From Heptranchias perlo (Eukaryota), in assembly GCF_035084215.1 (NCBI RefSeq), contig NC_090335.1, forward strand, positions 61,442,001 to 61,506,000: a stretch of 64,000 bases of DNA, in the 5' to 3' direction. Below, piece after piece: positions 35,650 to 49,080 of the stretch. A program made the position numbers and the translations under genes. The notes below the pieces were generated by a model. The model did no database searches, had not been told where the DNA came from, and worked only from the letters and a program-made list of their open reading frames with translations. Numbering within the stretch: the first letter of the stretch is position 1; each line of letters begins with the position of its first letter.

Positions 35650-35765
35650 TAGAATTTACAGCACAGAAACAGGCCATAGGGCCCAACAGGTCTATGCTGG
35701 TGTTTATGCTCCACACGACCCTCCACCCACCATACTTCATCTCAGCCTATCAATACATCCCTCTA
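35650..35765 (-). mobile_element. CR1-type 3' UTR fragment
   Basis: Minus strand reads TTGGGCCCTATGGCCTGTTTCTGTGCTGTAAATTCT, like the other CR1 ends. Confidence 0.6.
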
Positions 35766-37544
35766 GGACAATAAGAAATGAAAAATGCCACACATTTTTG
35801 GGATGGAGTAAAGAAATCTTTACAAGAGGTCTTGTACCTGACCACGGATCGCTTGGAATAGAAAGAGCTCATTTCCTAGCATTGGCATCCTTGGTAACTA
35901 CAAAAAAGCAAAAACAAAGTCTTATGCCACACTTGAGTCTCCTAACCTACAAATCACAATAACAAAATAGGAGTCATATTATGACATGATCATCAGCTAT
36001 GATTCATGAACGATATATCACTTACAAATCTGATTGGTGTAACCGGCTGAAATGTTATGTAATCAGATTCACTTGTGATTTTAAAAAAAAATTATGCACC
36101 CCAGCTGCCAGCTACATATTCTCTTAAAGAGATAATATTTCATCAGGAGCCGATCTGGGGCTGTGACAGTCATGTGTTCTTTGGCTTTCCTCACGTGTGC
36201 AATAACCTTTAGGCTTCTCAGTGGAGTTAAGCTGACGTCCTCATAAATATGAATGTGTTAACTCTCACCCTGCTGAATAAATAGAAAATACCATATGCCG
36301 AGCATAAAAACTATGATTATCATTTTAATTTAATATTATTATTGGTAATTAATTTTAAAATAATTAAGACCAGGTTCTGGTTACATATACTTGAATAGTG
36401 AAATTGCTTAGCAAATACATTATTATAGTCCTTATCGCCAGTGGTCCATGTAAAGACATCAAGGGAAGCACATATTCAAAGCCACGTTTATATCCCACAA
36501 TGCCAAAAGGCTTCCGTAAACATCACCACCACTTTCTGGGTGGCATTGTTTACAAGTATCGCAGCAGATGGCCAAAAATATTTCTCAGATCAGTCAAAAA
36601 GAAACTATATACAATTAAACATGGATGCCAGAGCAGCACACATAAGAGGCACGTTCACACATGTCTATTTGTTACTGTGTCTATTCTGTGTGCTTTAAAC
36701 CCTCTTTTAGCTGCGGTGTCAATCCTTTTCTCTCTCCAAGTTTATGTTTACTTGTGCTAAATAGATTATGCTAATGAGGAACATAAATGCATGCAACTGG
36801 TATTATGGCATTTTAATCAGAAGGCTTTTCCTCTGGAAGCCTTCATTAGGATTCTTATAATCTCACTTGTCAGTGAGACAAACGGTAATAAATGCCAAAG
36901 GATCCTGTCTTATATCTGAGGTGTTTAAACATGAAAAAGACAAACATGAAAATAGTTTGGACATTCTGCATTTCTATTTTAAATGTCAAACAAACAGATT
37001 TAGACTGGAATGAGGTGTACTTATTAATGCACATTGCTAGTTAAAAATCCCCCAAAAAGTCCTTGTAAATGTTATTATGCAACTTTGAGCCACTCCCATT
37101 TCAACACACACAATATTTGTTTCAAAGTCATTTTTAGCCTATTCATTGTATCATTTATTTTACTATATGTATTTTTTCATGTCAAATGCTAGTGCAGATA
37201 AATTGTGGCGAGAAGGGGGAGAAAGCATATGTCAGGATTATGCTTGATTAGGATTGTAATAGACTGTTCAAAAGATGACTGGAAACATTTGTTGTTCGAC
37301 TCATTTAGTCATTAATTCTAAAACTGAAGGTAAATCAAATAAACCAAAAAGACTGTAGCAGTAAGGAAGGAGCATTAATAAAATTATGCTTCAGCTGTCT
37401 TGTCACCCCAACAAACGTACAGAATCAGATCTCAGCACAGTGCTCCTCGAAGCATGCTGCTGTTACAGTTTCAGCAATAGTCCTTCACTTAACCTGTGTA
37501 ACTTAAATGCGTATCTGATTAAATACACACATGTGTGAAGACAC

Positions 37545-37632
37545 ATGTTTTTGTTTGATAATGCTCCTGTGAAGCACCTTGGGACGTTTTACTTCATTGA
37601 AGGCACTACATAAATGCAAGTTGTTGTTGTTG
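37545..37632 (+). mobile_element. L2 3' tail remnant
   Basis: CCTGTGAAGCACCTTGGGAC...ATAAATGCAAG followed by (TTG)n. Confidence 0.75.
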
Positions 37633-37887
37633 TGATATTCTCCATGGATCCTAATGTAATCGGCTTCAATGAAAGTGAACCTATCGCCATAAAAACTCAA
37701 TTTTTTCCCAAAGTTCAGATGGAGGAAGTGAATGTGGCATCCTCCAGCAAAAGTATAGCAGTTCAGTCTCTTAATTTTTACTTTCTTTAACTTTATGGGC
37801 AGTAGTCTATCCATCTTTTGAATCTGAAGTCACTCATAAATTAGACTTGTGCTACAAAATGTAAGATAATTACTCAGTAAACATTAC

Positions 37888-38441
37888 GGCCTGGAATTTC
37901 CTGTGTATTTGAGCCCACAGACGTGCGCAATTGGGGCGCAAAGCAAATCTGCAGCCTAAAAGATCACAGAATTTTGTGCTTAAGTATAATATGCCCAAAT
38001 CTCCTTGATCCTTTATGATTGTCTATAGATCACTCTGCCCGAACACATCTCTGCCCATAAAACTGGCCCTGCCCCCAAGTTACAAATGCGAGTTTCCTGC
38101 AATTGCGCTTGCTCAGAGGGTCTCTTCAAATTGCAACCAGATTTTCAGACGCACGGGTACGTGCAGTCACCTGAAGCAGGCGCAAATGAACTGATCACTC
38201 TGAAGGAACTTTTTTTCTCTCGCATTTTTATAATCTTCCACCCTTGCACCTTGAGACCCCATTGGTTCTGTTCCAATCATGTTCAAACCACGCTGGACTC
38301 TTATGCATATTTACGCTCATTTTACATTTGGGAATATGCTAATGAGGTTGGCAGGAAATTTGAGCCTAACTTGACATTGGGAGAATGGCCGCAGTTTCGG
38401 GCCTAACTTCTGGGTTGCGCCCATGCAGGAATTTCCAGGCC
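37888..38441. mobile_element. MITE, PIF/Harbinger-like
   Basis: 16-bp TIRs GGCCTGGAATTTCCTG / CAGGAATTTCCAGGCC (15/16 match) and a 3-bp TSD TAC. Confidence 0.88.
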
Positions 38442-38452
38442 TACATATTTGT

Positions 38453-39006
38453 TTAATATTCCAGTGCTCTCCTGGCCAGCCTCCCATCTTCTACCCTCCA
38501 TAAACTTGAGCTCATCCAAAACTTTGCTGTCCGTATTCTGACTTGCACCAAGTCCCGTTCACACATCACCTTTGTGCTCGCTGACGTACATTGGCTCCCA
38601 CTCCACCTACGCCTTGATTTTAAAATTCTCATTCCTGTGTTCAAATCCCTTCATGGCCTCTCCCCTCCCTATCTCTGTAACCTTCTCCAGTTCTAGAACC
38701 CTCTGAGAACTCTCTGTTCCTCCAACTATGGAGTCTTGTGCATCCCCCACTTCCTTCACCCCACCTTTGGCAGCTGTGCCTTCAGCCATCTAGGCCCTAA
38801 CCCTTGGAATTCCCTCCCTAAACCTCTCTGCTTCTACACCTCTCTACTCCATTAAGTCACTCCTTAAAACCTACCTCTTTGACCAAGCTTTTGGTCACCT
38901 GTCCTAATATCCCCTTCTTTGGCTCAGTGACAATGTTTGTCTGATTACACACCTGTGAAGCACCTTGGGACATTTTCCTATGTTAAAGATGCTATATAAA
39001 TACAAG

Positions 39007-39041
<35 letters not shown>
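38453..39041 (+). mobile_element. L2 LINE 3' fragment with expanded (GTT)12 tail (39006-39041)
   Basis: L2 C-terminal region and 3' UTR followed by a microsatellite tail. Confidence 0.88.
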
Positions 39042-39394
39042 ATATGCTTCTGTAAATGCCAAGTTGTAGTGCTCTCACTTCACGTCCTGTATCCTCCAGG
39101 GAGAAAAAAAATGGAATATTAAAATTTCTAGCATGTAATTAAAAAAAATACAGTAATAAATAACAAAAAAAAATCCCTGTTTCTCTCAACCCTTTTTAAA
39201 ATCCTGTTACTTATGTGGGGAGAAGTAGTTGAGTGTAATATAATATATCCTGCTAATTCATCTTTCATTCCAGCCATTCAGAGTGAGATTTAGCAGTTTG
39301 TTGCTGTGCAGGGCCCATACTCAGTAGGAACCGGATTGAGGCGGCCAAATTTATTTAACTTAGAGCTTACAGCTGACAGTGAGAGGAGACTTTC

Positions 39395-39475
39395 ATCCCA
39401 TCAGCCTGAGCTGGATTCAAGCCCAGGACCTCAGAGGTGAAAGCGCAGTGTGATAACTTGCTGTGCTACCCAGCT
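39395..39475 (-). mobile_element. tRNA-derived SINE head resembling the LF-SINE 5' region
   Basis: Minus strand reads GCGCTTTCACCTCTGAGGTCCTGGGCTTGAATCCAGCTCAGGCTGA; the resemblance is judged from memory of the consensus. Confidence 0.45.
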
Positions 39476-40039
39476 TCCAGCTTGTCTACATTTTAACAGT
39501 ACTTCATCATAAAGTATGCAAGGATGCAAGTGTCCATAGAGGACATAAACGAATTAACAGGATATATTATTTTACACCCAGGTTTTCTAATGTATTCGTA
39601 TCTTATAATGTTCATAAGAGGCTAATATCATCAAAACCTTTGAACAATTAGAAAATGCCAGTTTGTTCCAATAAGTACACTCACATTCAAATATATAAAA
39701 TTGATCCTTAAATCCAATTTATATTAAGACATTCTATTAGCACTTTTCATTGAGCAGTGGTAGGTGACCATCATGTCTCTGCAATCAAATGAGATGATTC
39801 GAGCGGATGTGATTTGAACTGGAGTGATGTCACATTCATTTTCACTCCATGTTACAGTGTACCCTGCATATAATCAAAACAATAATCAAAACGATCTAAC
39901 AATATACTCTGGCATTATTCAACAAACAGAAGCTGGCAAGCCCACCTGCCACATTCAGATTACCCACCGTGCTGTAAATTTGCCTGGGGTTGAGGGTATC
40001 TCCATGATGGGCAGAAGTCCCAGCACACCAGAGATTCCC

Positions 40040-40360
40040 TCCAATTGGAAATCCAGGCCTGAGTGTCAGCAGGCAATTTGACTGTATGGAACATCACAGC
40101 TAAGCCCCATCATTTCCTCACCCGACATCAACACATACACACTTTCCAGTAGGAATCACTGGATGGCGATCAGGAGTGAGAATCCTAGCTGATTTCCACC
40201 CCTTCCCTCACCCTCCAGCCTGGGACTGAGACTGATTATAACACCCATATTGCCATCTAGTAGAGATCAGCTAGCTCAGAGAGACCAGAGGTCAAGCATG
40301 AGACCTTCCTAGTCTGTATGATGCACCTACACATTATTTTGAACAACTAAGGCATTGGGA
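40040..40360 (-). mobile_element. Old SINE, family B
   Basis: Reverse-complement homology to 14562-14945 and 63252-63590. Confidence 0.6.
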
Positions 40361-40699
40361 ATAGGGAACACTATCTTGGAATTCTATGCTTGAAATTAAT
40401 TATCCTTGAATCAGGTATGTGTTTATCCAGAGCATTTACTTTAGTCTATCCAAAGGAATTTGAACATCATCCATACTACAAAAGTCAAGCACCCATAAAG
40501 GTTTCGGGTTGAGGAGGGGCAAGGTGGTTAAAAGAGGATTTAGCTTTTTTTTAAAGTGCATCCTTGAATTTATATTATGCTCAGTAATTTCTGTTATTTT
40601 TTTTCAAGGCTAGAAGCTGGGTTTTGAAACTGGAAAGTAAATATTTCCATCAATCCCACTGTCTGGTTTCTCTTATTTGATGTTGTTGCATTCAATCCC

Positions 40700-41505
40700 C
40701 ACCATAAACTCTGTTCCCTAGCCACCAACACCAATCTTCTCACTGGCCACTCTCTGAGGCTGAACCAGATCGTTCGCAACCTTGGTGTCCTATTTGACCC
40801 TGAGATGAGCTTCCAACCGCTCCATCTGCTCCATCACCAAGACTGCCTATTTCCACCTCCATAACATCGCCCGTCTCCACCCTTGCCTCAGCTCATCTGC
40901 TTCTGAAACCCTCATCCATGCCTTTGTTAACTCCAGACTTGACTGTTACAATGCTCTCCTGGCCGGTCTCCCATCCACCACCCTCCATAAACTTGAGCTC
41001 ATCCAAAACTCTGCTGCCCGTATCCTAACTCGTATTAAGTCCCGTTCACTCATCACTCCTATGCTCGCTGACCTACCTTGGCTTCCGGTCCGGCACTGCC
41101 TCGATTTTAAAATTCTCCTCTTTGTTTTCAAATCCCTCCATGACCTCGCCCCTCTCTATCTCTGTAACCTCCTCCGCCCCACAACCCTCTGAGATCTCTG
41201 CGCTCCTCCAATTCTGGTCTCTTGTGCATCCCCGATTTTTATCACTCCACCGGCAGCTGCCTAGGCCCTAAGCTCTGGAATTCCTTCCATAAACCTCTCC
41301 TCCTTCCTACCTCTCTCTCTCCTCCTTTAAGATGCCCCTTAAAACCTACCTCTTTGACCAAGCTTTTGGTCACCTGTCCTAATATCTCCTTATGTGGCTC
41401 AGTGTCAAATTTTGTTTGATAATCACTCCTGTGAAGTGCCCTTGGGATGTTTTAAAGGTGCTATATAAATGTGAGTTGTTGTTGTTATTATTGTTGTTGT
41501 TGTTG
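40700..41505 (+). mobile_element. L2 LINE 3' fragment
   Basis: Codes RNLGVLFD, LIHAFV.SRLD and LGPKLWNS remnants; (TTG)n tail. Confidence 0.9.
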
Positions 41506-42119
41506 AACTAGTATTACAATGACTATGACTACGACTACATACACAGCCAAGCAAAATATACCTCTCATATACCTCAGAATTTATACCCTTGGTTTTCCTT
41601 CACAATATCAGTAAATGATGTTCTATATCCTGTGTAGTATGAATAAGAGCTTTCGTTTTTGGCAGCAGATCCACTTTAACGAAAAATAAGTGGAATTTAT
41701 TCATTATTAAACCATTTCCTTTCATAATTCCACTGATATCTAAAGCCCATGGACAGCACACATTTCTACGCCATGATTGGCCACCATAGATAAAAGTGGG
41801 ATGTACGGAGGGTTGAATATTGCTGCCAAACTCCTGCTACTTCATTGGACGAAGATGCAGCTTCCAGGCTTGTGTTCATGAGAAGAAACCATAGATTAGA
41901 GGGATGTTGTTTGAGGGAAGAGAGGAATGGGGGAGGAGAAACAGCACAGCAGCACATTAGTGCCCCTTTTCAGCAGTAAGCTATTATTAAAACTGTATGG
42001 CGGGGGCAAGAAAAATTAGTCAATAAGCAATTACAGCAATAAGTGCCAATGGTCACCAGCTGGAATTTAGTTTCAGTGCTATATTTCCCATTTATATTGG
42101 AGGATTGAAGTTAGTTCAA

Positions 42120-42329
42120 TCTAATGCTGAAGCACAATTTTAAAATTTGCGGACGACACCAAATTGGGGGGTGTAGTAATACAAAGGAAGAATGAGTCAA
42201 AATGCAAGAAGACACTAATAAACTTGGAGAATGGGTTTGTAATTGGAAAATAAATTTTAATATAGATAAGTGTGAGGTGGTGCGCTTTGGTAGGAAGAAT
42301 AAGGAGGCCACATACTGATTGGATAACAA
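42120..42329 (+). mobile_element. CR1 RT fragment
   Basis: FADDTKLGG...KCEVVRFGRKN. Confidence 0.8.
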
Positions 42330-42870
42330 GGGCACGATTTTAAAAAGGAAAAACGGGTGGGTTGGGGCAGGGGTGTGGGGGCAATCAAAATCACTGTTTT
42401 TGGGAGCGGGCAGACATCCCGGCTGAAACCCACACATTTTGAATGAGACTTAGGCAAATCTGTGCGCATACAGCAGTCACCAGGAAGTCCCACCCCCACT
42501 TAAATCTGGCGGGCTGATAATTAAAGGAGCAAATGTACCGCATTGAGGTACTTAAGGTAGTTTATTTTTGTGTATTCTATAGTTAAAAAGATTTTAACGT
42601 TACCTGGGCGGCTTTCCCATGGCTTCCCATTCACGCCTGATCCCAATGTCCGATGTCTGTCCTCTGATCCTGATGTCCCATGGTCTGCCCTCTGATCCCA
42701 ATGTCCGATGTCTCTCCTCTAATCTTTGTTTCCCCCCCCCCCATCTGTATCCTAACTGATGATGAGGTCTGTCTCTCTCTTTTTCCCCCATCCCCCCCCC
42801 CACCTCGGATGTGCAGCTTTTGTCGGCAGCCCCGGGCGCGAAACCCGGAACAGGCCGATCTGTGCTGTAG
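42330..42870. mobile_element. Truncated copy of the Harbinger-like minisatellite element
   Basis: Starts GGGCACGATTTTAAA and shares AAATGTACC.CATTGAGGTACTTAAGG, TTACCTGGGCGGCTT and CCGATGTC repeats with the 3024 and 55295 copies. Confidence 0.7.
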
Positions 42871-42899
42871 ACTCGATGTAACTCAATGGTATATTTCAT

Positions 42900-44110
42900 C
42901 CATTGAGGGTATGGTTGATGTTGTGTATATGGACTTTTAAAAGGCATTTAATAATTGCTACATAATAGACTTGTTAGCGAAATTAAAGCCCATGGGATTA
43001 AAGGGACAGTGGCAGCATGGATACAAAATTGGCTAAGGGATAGAAAGCAGAGAGTAGTGGTGAATGGTTGTTTTTCAGACTGGAGGGAAGTATACAGTGG
43101 TGTTTCCTAGAGGTCGGTTTTAGGACCACTGCTCTTTTTGATATATAGTATTGACCTGGACTTGGGTATAGAGGGTGTAATTTCAAAGTTTGCAGATGAC
43201 ACGAAACTCGGAAATATAGTAAACAATGTGGAGGATAGTAACAGGTTTCAGGAGGACCACAGACAAACTGGTGAAATGGGCAAACACATGGCAGATGAAA
43301 TTTAACGCAGAGAAGTGCAAAGTGATACATTTTGGTAGGAAGAATGAGGAGAGGCAATATAAACTAAATGGTCCAATTTTAAAGGGGGTGCAGGAACAGA
43401 GAGACCTGGGGGTGTACATACAGAAATCTTTGAAGGTGGCAGGACAAGTTGAGAAGGCTGTTAAAAAAGAATATGGGATCCTGGGCTTTATTAATAGAGG
43501 CATAGAGTACAAAAGCAAGCAAGTTATGCTAAACCTTTATAAAACACTTGGTTAGGCCCCAGCTGGAGTATTGTGTTCAATTCTAGGCACCACACTTTAG
43601 GCCATGGAAAGAGTGCAGAAGTGATTCACTAGAATGGTACCAGGGATGAGGGATTTCAGTTATGTGGAGAGACTGGAGAAGCTGGGGTTGTTCTCCTTAG
43701 AGCAGAGAAGGTTAAGAGGAGATTTGATAGAGGTGTTCAAAATCATGAACGATTTTGATACAGTAAATAAAGAGAAACTGTTTCCAGTGGCAAAAGGGTC
43801 GGTAATCAGAGGACATAGATTTAAGGTGATCAGCAAAAGAACCAGAGGTGACATGAGGAAACATTTTTTTTACGCAGTGAGTTGTTGTGTTCTGGAATGC
43901 ACTGCCTGAAAGGGTGGTGAAAGCAGATTCAATAGTAAATTTCAAAAGGAAATTGTATAAATACTTGATGGAAAAAAATTTACAGGGTTATGGGGAAAGA
44001 ACAGGGGAGTGGGACTAATTGGGTAGCTCTTCCAAAGAGCAGGCACAGGCACGATGCACCGAATGGCCTCCTTCTGTGCTGTACCATACTATGATACTAT
44101 AATACTATGA
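42900..44110 (+). mobile_element. CR1 LINE, 5'-truncated (same subfamily as 17016-18570)
   Basis: RT fragments and an (ATACTATG)n tail. Confidence 0.92.
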
Positions 44111-44119
44111 TTTCATTAA

Positions 44120-44238
44120 TGTTTCCTACATTACAACAGTGACTGCACTACAAAAAAGTACTTCATTGGCTGTAAAGCACTTTGGGACATCCTGTGGTTG
44201 TGAAAGGCGCTATATAAAATTGAAGTCTTTCTTTCTAT
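44120..44238 (+). mobile_element. DeuSINE-like 3' tail
   Basis: CATTGGCTGTAAAGCACTTTGGGAC...GGCGCTATATAAA. Confidence 0.7.
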
Positions 44239-46128
44239 TTGATATTCTCATTCTCTTTTCAAAACATTGTCAATTTTGTGTAATATATCCTGAAAATAAC
44301 AAGTTGAAATCATGCTGTATGATATAAATACTGAACGTGTTAATGCTTTCGTATGAAATTTCTCTGTCTACTATTTTAACAATGGCGTTAATCCATTTAT
44401 TTTAACATTTTGCTACTAATTGATACAGTGCAATTTAATGCCTAAATGGCTACTGTAGGAATAACAGCTACTGAAGGTAAAGCACCAGCCTCGTGAAACG
44501 GAGGATTAAGGTTTGATCATCATAGTCAAAAGTGTCAGCCATTGAGGTAATGTAAGGGCATTCCTCTTCCATGAAAGATGAATGTATTTCCTTGAGTTTA
44601 CTAATGCTTCTTGTGAGTAAAATCTTTGTGTATTCACAGGGATTCAAGGAACCTGTGCATGTTTCTGTGGTTCCTTTGCTGCTTACTATTAGCCTGTGAA
44701 ATTTTTAAGAGGCTTATCCATGCTGACTTTGATATCTGTGTGAGCACTCTGTCTCTTAACCATATTATTATACCTTAATATGCTCTTTCCAGATTATGCA
44801 TATTATCTAATGTCAACAACCTATGTGCCAGTATATTGGATATAGTTTTAATGCATGGTTTGGTTTCTTGGTTTGTTTGCTCAGCTAGATTCTGGCTGGT
44901 TTATTGCCAGACATAATACCATGAAATTCAAAACATTGTACATGTAGGTTGCACCTCAACCCTGCTCTCTCAATATTAAACACAAGTTAGCACTTATGTG
45001 GGAATTGTATTCATTTATGTCAGTTACTTTTCATCCAGGATTCAGAGTTTGGAAGAGTTTAACTCCAATTTAAGATTACAGTAAAACGAGCACCATTCAT
45101 CCAGTAATTTTTAATTAGAAGCTGCTTTAAATTCAGAACAAATTCTAGTTTATGACTACAGTGGCTAGGTCCTTAGCATCATTTGGATTGCACATAAACA
45201 AATTGGAGCTTTGTTCTACTTTTAAGAGTGGTATCCCTGTGTAGCAAAATAGCACGGTGCTCCTTCCTACCCAGATGGTCACGGGTTTGAGCCCCAGGGC
45301 TGCCTGCCACTTGAGTTTGGCTGTCGTTGTTATCAGAGGGTCTTGTCATTTCCGGTCCAGACTGCTAGATGCTCCATCTGCAGGGGAATGAAAAACTGAC
45401 AAAGTGATCTCCCCACATTGGATGACAATCATCTGTTACCTAGTCACAGATTGTCTATGTGTATGTTTCTATACGTTGATCGTTCCTTTGTCAAATAATA
45501 CTGACACTAAACAGAAATTAAATGATTGATGAGTTTACATGATAAGAATGTCTATCAGGACAGCTTAAAGAGACATTGTTTTAGTTGTCACAGCATGACC
45601 AGTGAATTCTTCCACTTGCTTTAGCACATTTAATTAGCACTGTAGCATAAACATTTACATTCAGGTATCTTTTATCTTTTATGTAAACTCTATTGCTCAT
45701 ATTTTCCTCTCTTCAATTAGGTTATCATCTGGAAAGAGCATATTAAGGTAGTGATGTAATGCAAGTGGAATTGTTCAACATTGACCACAAAGTTCTGTAT
45801 CTTCATTCAAGTCTAGAAGGCTGCGCCTCTGCCTGTACCTGCTGGCCCCCCATCAACCCTCTGCCACTGGTACCCCTTCAGCACAGGAGTTCTGTGCCTC
45901 ACTGTCACATTTCAGGATGTTTTGACCATTTTTCCCCACAGAAATTATTTGAAAATAAGAGTAACTTTTAATGTTTTTTTTAAGCAAAAGTGCATTGCCA
46001 CAAGTTTGAAAAAAAAGTCCTGGATGATAGGTGATTAATATACTAAATTGAAGTTTTTTCCTCCAACGACTAAACAATAAGCAATTTGTTCGCCTGTCTG
46101 GGTAATCAAAAAAAAAATCACACTTATA

Positions 46129-46315
46129 GGGGATAATTTTAACCTAGCTGGCCAGACGGGAAAGCCCCGGGATTGGGTGGAATGCCAATTTTACACTCCA
46201 CCCAACATTACTCTCCATTGACTTCAATGGAAGGTAAAATCGAGTTGGGAGCAAAACCAGTGTTGCACCCGATCCTGTCAGTTTTCCGACGGTTGGGTTA
46301 GATTAAAATTGGCTC
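46129..46315. mobile_element. Short palindromic MITE
   Basis: Ends GGGGATAATTTTAACCTA / TAGATTAAAATTGGCTC, with a central quasi-palindrome CCATTGACTTCAATGG. Confidence 0.65.
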
Positions 46316-46814
46316 AATTGTGTTGGAAAGCCCTTTGATCTGTCTGTGGAGCGAGATATAAAAAAGAGGGGGAAGCTTTTGCAAGAGAGAAACCGCTGAC
46401 ACAGGGAGGCCTAAAATATGGCCAGCTCAGAAAAAGGCAGGAGACTGCAGGGAGAGGAGGTTATGCCCTGGGCTGTAGGCCAGAATGTAGAGGAGTTATT
46501 CTGTGTAAATTAAGTAAGATGACCCACTGATGCGGGGTGAGATGTTTTGTTTTCATTATTTTACATTATTATGTGAAGACAAATCCTATGGATTGCAAAG
46601 AGTGATCTTAACTATTGTTTTGTGTGTTCACCTGCTGTGAAAAAAGCAGCTGATGATTCATCTCAAGCCTTGTCTCACCAAGTGTTTACACAGTCTGCCT
46701 TCAGAGAGATTTTACAAATGCATATGTGAAAGACACAGATATCCACTTCGGGTCAAAAAGTGGGTACTATTGTTACAGTTCAGGTCATACTATTGTGTGA
46801 ATAGATATGAAGCA

Positions 46815-48957
46815 GTGTAAAAGGGATGACAGTGGATAGGCAATGGATAATATTTAAAGAACGTGTGCAGGAATTACAACAATTATTCACTCCTGTCTGG
46901 CGCAAAAATAAAACAGGAAAGTTGGCTCAACCATGGCTTACAAAAGAAATTAGGGATAGTATTCGATCCAAAGAGGAGGCATATAAAACTGCCAGAAAAA
47001 GCGGCAAGCCTGAGGATTGGGAGCAGTTCAGAATTCAGCAAAGGAGGACAAAGAGATTGATTAAGAGGGGAAAAATAGAGTATGAGAGTAAACTAGCAGG
47101 GAACATAAAAACTGACTGTAAAAGCTTCTATAAATATGTCAAGAGAAAATGATTAGTGAGGACAAATGTATGTCCCTTACAGTCAGAAATGGGGGAAATT
47201 ATAATGGGGAACAAAGAAATGGGAGGACAATTAAACACATACTTTGGTTCTGTCTTCACAAAGGAGGACACAAATAACCTGCCAGAAATGTTAGGGAACC
47301 AAGGGTCTGGTGAGAGGGAGGAACTGAAGGAAACCAGTATTAGTTTAAAAATACTGCTAGTGAAATTAATGGGGCTAAAGGCTGACAAATCCCCAGGGCC
47401 TGATAATCTACATCCCAGAGTACTAAAGGAAGTGGCCCTGGAAATAGCGGATGCATCTTCCAAAATTCTATAAACTCTGGAACAGTTCCTACAGATTGGA
47501 GGGTGGCAAATGTAACCCCACTATTTAAAAAAGGATGGAGAGAAAAAACAGGGAATTACAGACCAGTTAGCCTAACATCAGTAGTGGGGAAAATGCTAGA
47601 GTCTATTGTAAAAGATGTGATAACAGAACACTTGGAGGGCATTAATGGCATTGGACAAAGTCAGCATGGGTTTATGAAAGGGAAATCATGCTTAACAAAT
47701 CTACTGGAGTTTTTTGAGGATGTAACTAGTGGAATAGATAGGGGAGAACCAGTGGATGTTTGTATTTAGATTTTCAGAAGGCTTTTGATAAGGTCCCACA
47801 CAAGAAGTTAGTGTGCAAAATTAAAGCACATGGGATTGGGGGGAATATACTGGCATGGATTGAGAATTGGTTGACAGACAGGAAATAAAGAGTAGAAATA
47901 AACGGGTCTTTTTCTGGGTGGCAGGCAGTGACTAGTGGGGTACCACAGGGATCAGTGCTTGGGCCCCAGCTATTCACAATATATATCAATGATTTGGATG
48001 AGGGAACTAAATGTAACTTTTCCAAGTTTGCTGACGACACAAAGTTGGGATGGAATGTGAGCTGTGAGGAGGATGCAAAGAGGCTCCAATGTGATTTAGA
48101 CAAGTTAGATTAGTGGGCAAGAACATGGCAGATGCAATATAACATGGATAAATGTGAGGTTATCCACTTTGGTTGTAAAAACAGAAAAGCAGATTATTAT
48201 CCTAATGGTGAAAGATTGGGAAAAGGGGAGGTGCAATGAGACCTGAGTGTCCTTGTACACCGGTCGCTGAAAGTGAGCATTCAGGTGCAGCAAGCAGTTA
48301 GGAAGGCGAATGGTATGTTGGCCTTCATTGCAAGAGGATTTGAGTACAGGAGCAGGGATGTCTTACTGCAGTTATACAGGGCCTTGGTGAGACCACATCT
48401 GGAGTATTGTGTGCAGTTTTGGTCTCCTTATCTGAGGAAGGATGTCCTTGCCATGGAGGGAGTGCAACAAAAGTTCACCAGACTGATTCCTGGGATGGCA
48501 GGACTGACGTATGAGGAGAGATTGGGTCGGCTAGGACTACATTCACTAGAGTTTAGAAAAATGAGAGGTGATCTCATCGAAATGTATAAAATTCTAACAG
48601 GACTAGACAGACTAGATGCAGGGAGAATGTTCCCGAGGGCTGGGGAGTCCAGAAGCATGGTTCACAGTCTCAGGATACGGGGTATGCCATTTAGAACCGA
48701 GATGAGAAGAAATTTCTTCACTCAGAGGGTGGTGAACCTGTGGAATTCTCTACCACAGAAGGCAGTGGAGGCCAAGTCATTCGGTGTATTCAAGAAGGAG
48801 ATAGATATATTTCTTAATGCTAAAGGGATCAAGGGATATGGGGAAAAAGCAGGAACAGGGTACTGAGTTAGACGATCAACCATGATAATTTTGAATGGCG
48901 GAGCAGGCCGAAGAGCCGAATGGCCTACTCTTGCTCCTATTTTCTATGTTTCTATGT
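46815..48957 (+). mobile_element. CR1 LINE, longest copy in the window (tether plus RT), frameshifted
   Basis: Consecutive ORF2 fragments [43 protein letters not shown] and FADDTK; (TTTCTATG)n tail. Confidence 0.95.
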
Positions 48958-48973
48958 GAGTCAACTCCCATAA

Positions 48974-49080
48974 AATAAGTAAAAACCAGAAATGCTGGAA
49001 CCACTCTGCAGGTCAGGCAGCATCTGTGGAGAGAGAAACAGAGTTAACGTTTCAGGTCGATGACCTTTCATCAGAACTTA
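48974..49080 (-). mobile_element. ~107-bp non-autonomous retroposon carrying a hammerhead motif
   Basis: 11-bp TSD AACTCCCATAA (48963-48973 and 49081-49091). Confidence 0.8.
49042..49078 (-). ncRNA. Minimal type I hammerhead ribozyme motif
   Basis: Minus strand reads AGTT CTGATGA A AGGTC-ATC-GACCT GAAA CG T T AACT: perfect stem I and stem II, with a palindromic ACGT helix III. Confidence 0.78.

Noticed and set aside
36826-36850. Small hairpin GAAGGCTT...AAGCCTTC
   Set aside because: An 8-bp stem is expected by chance in 64 kb.
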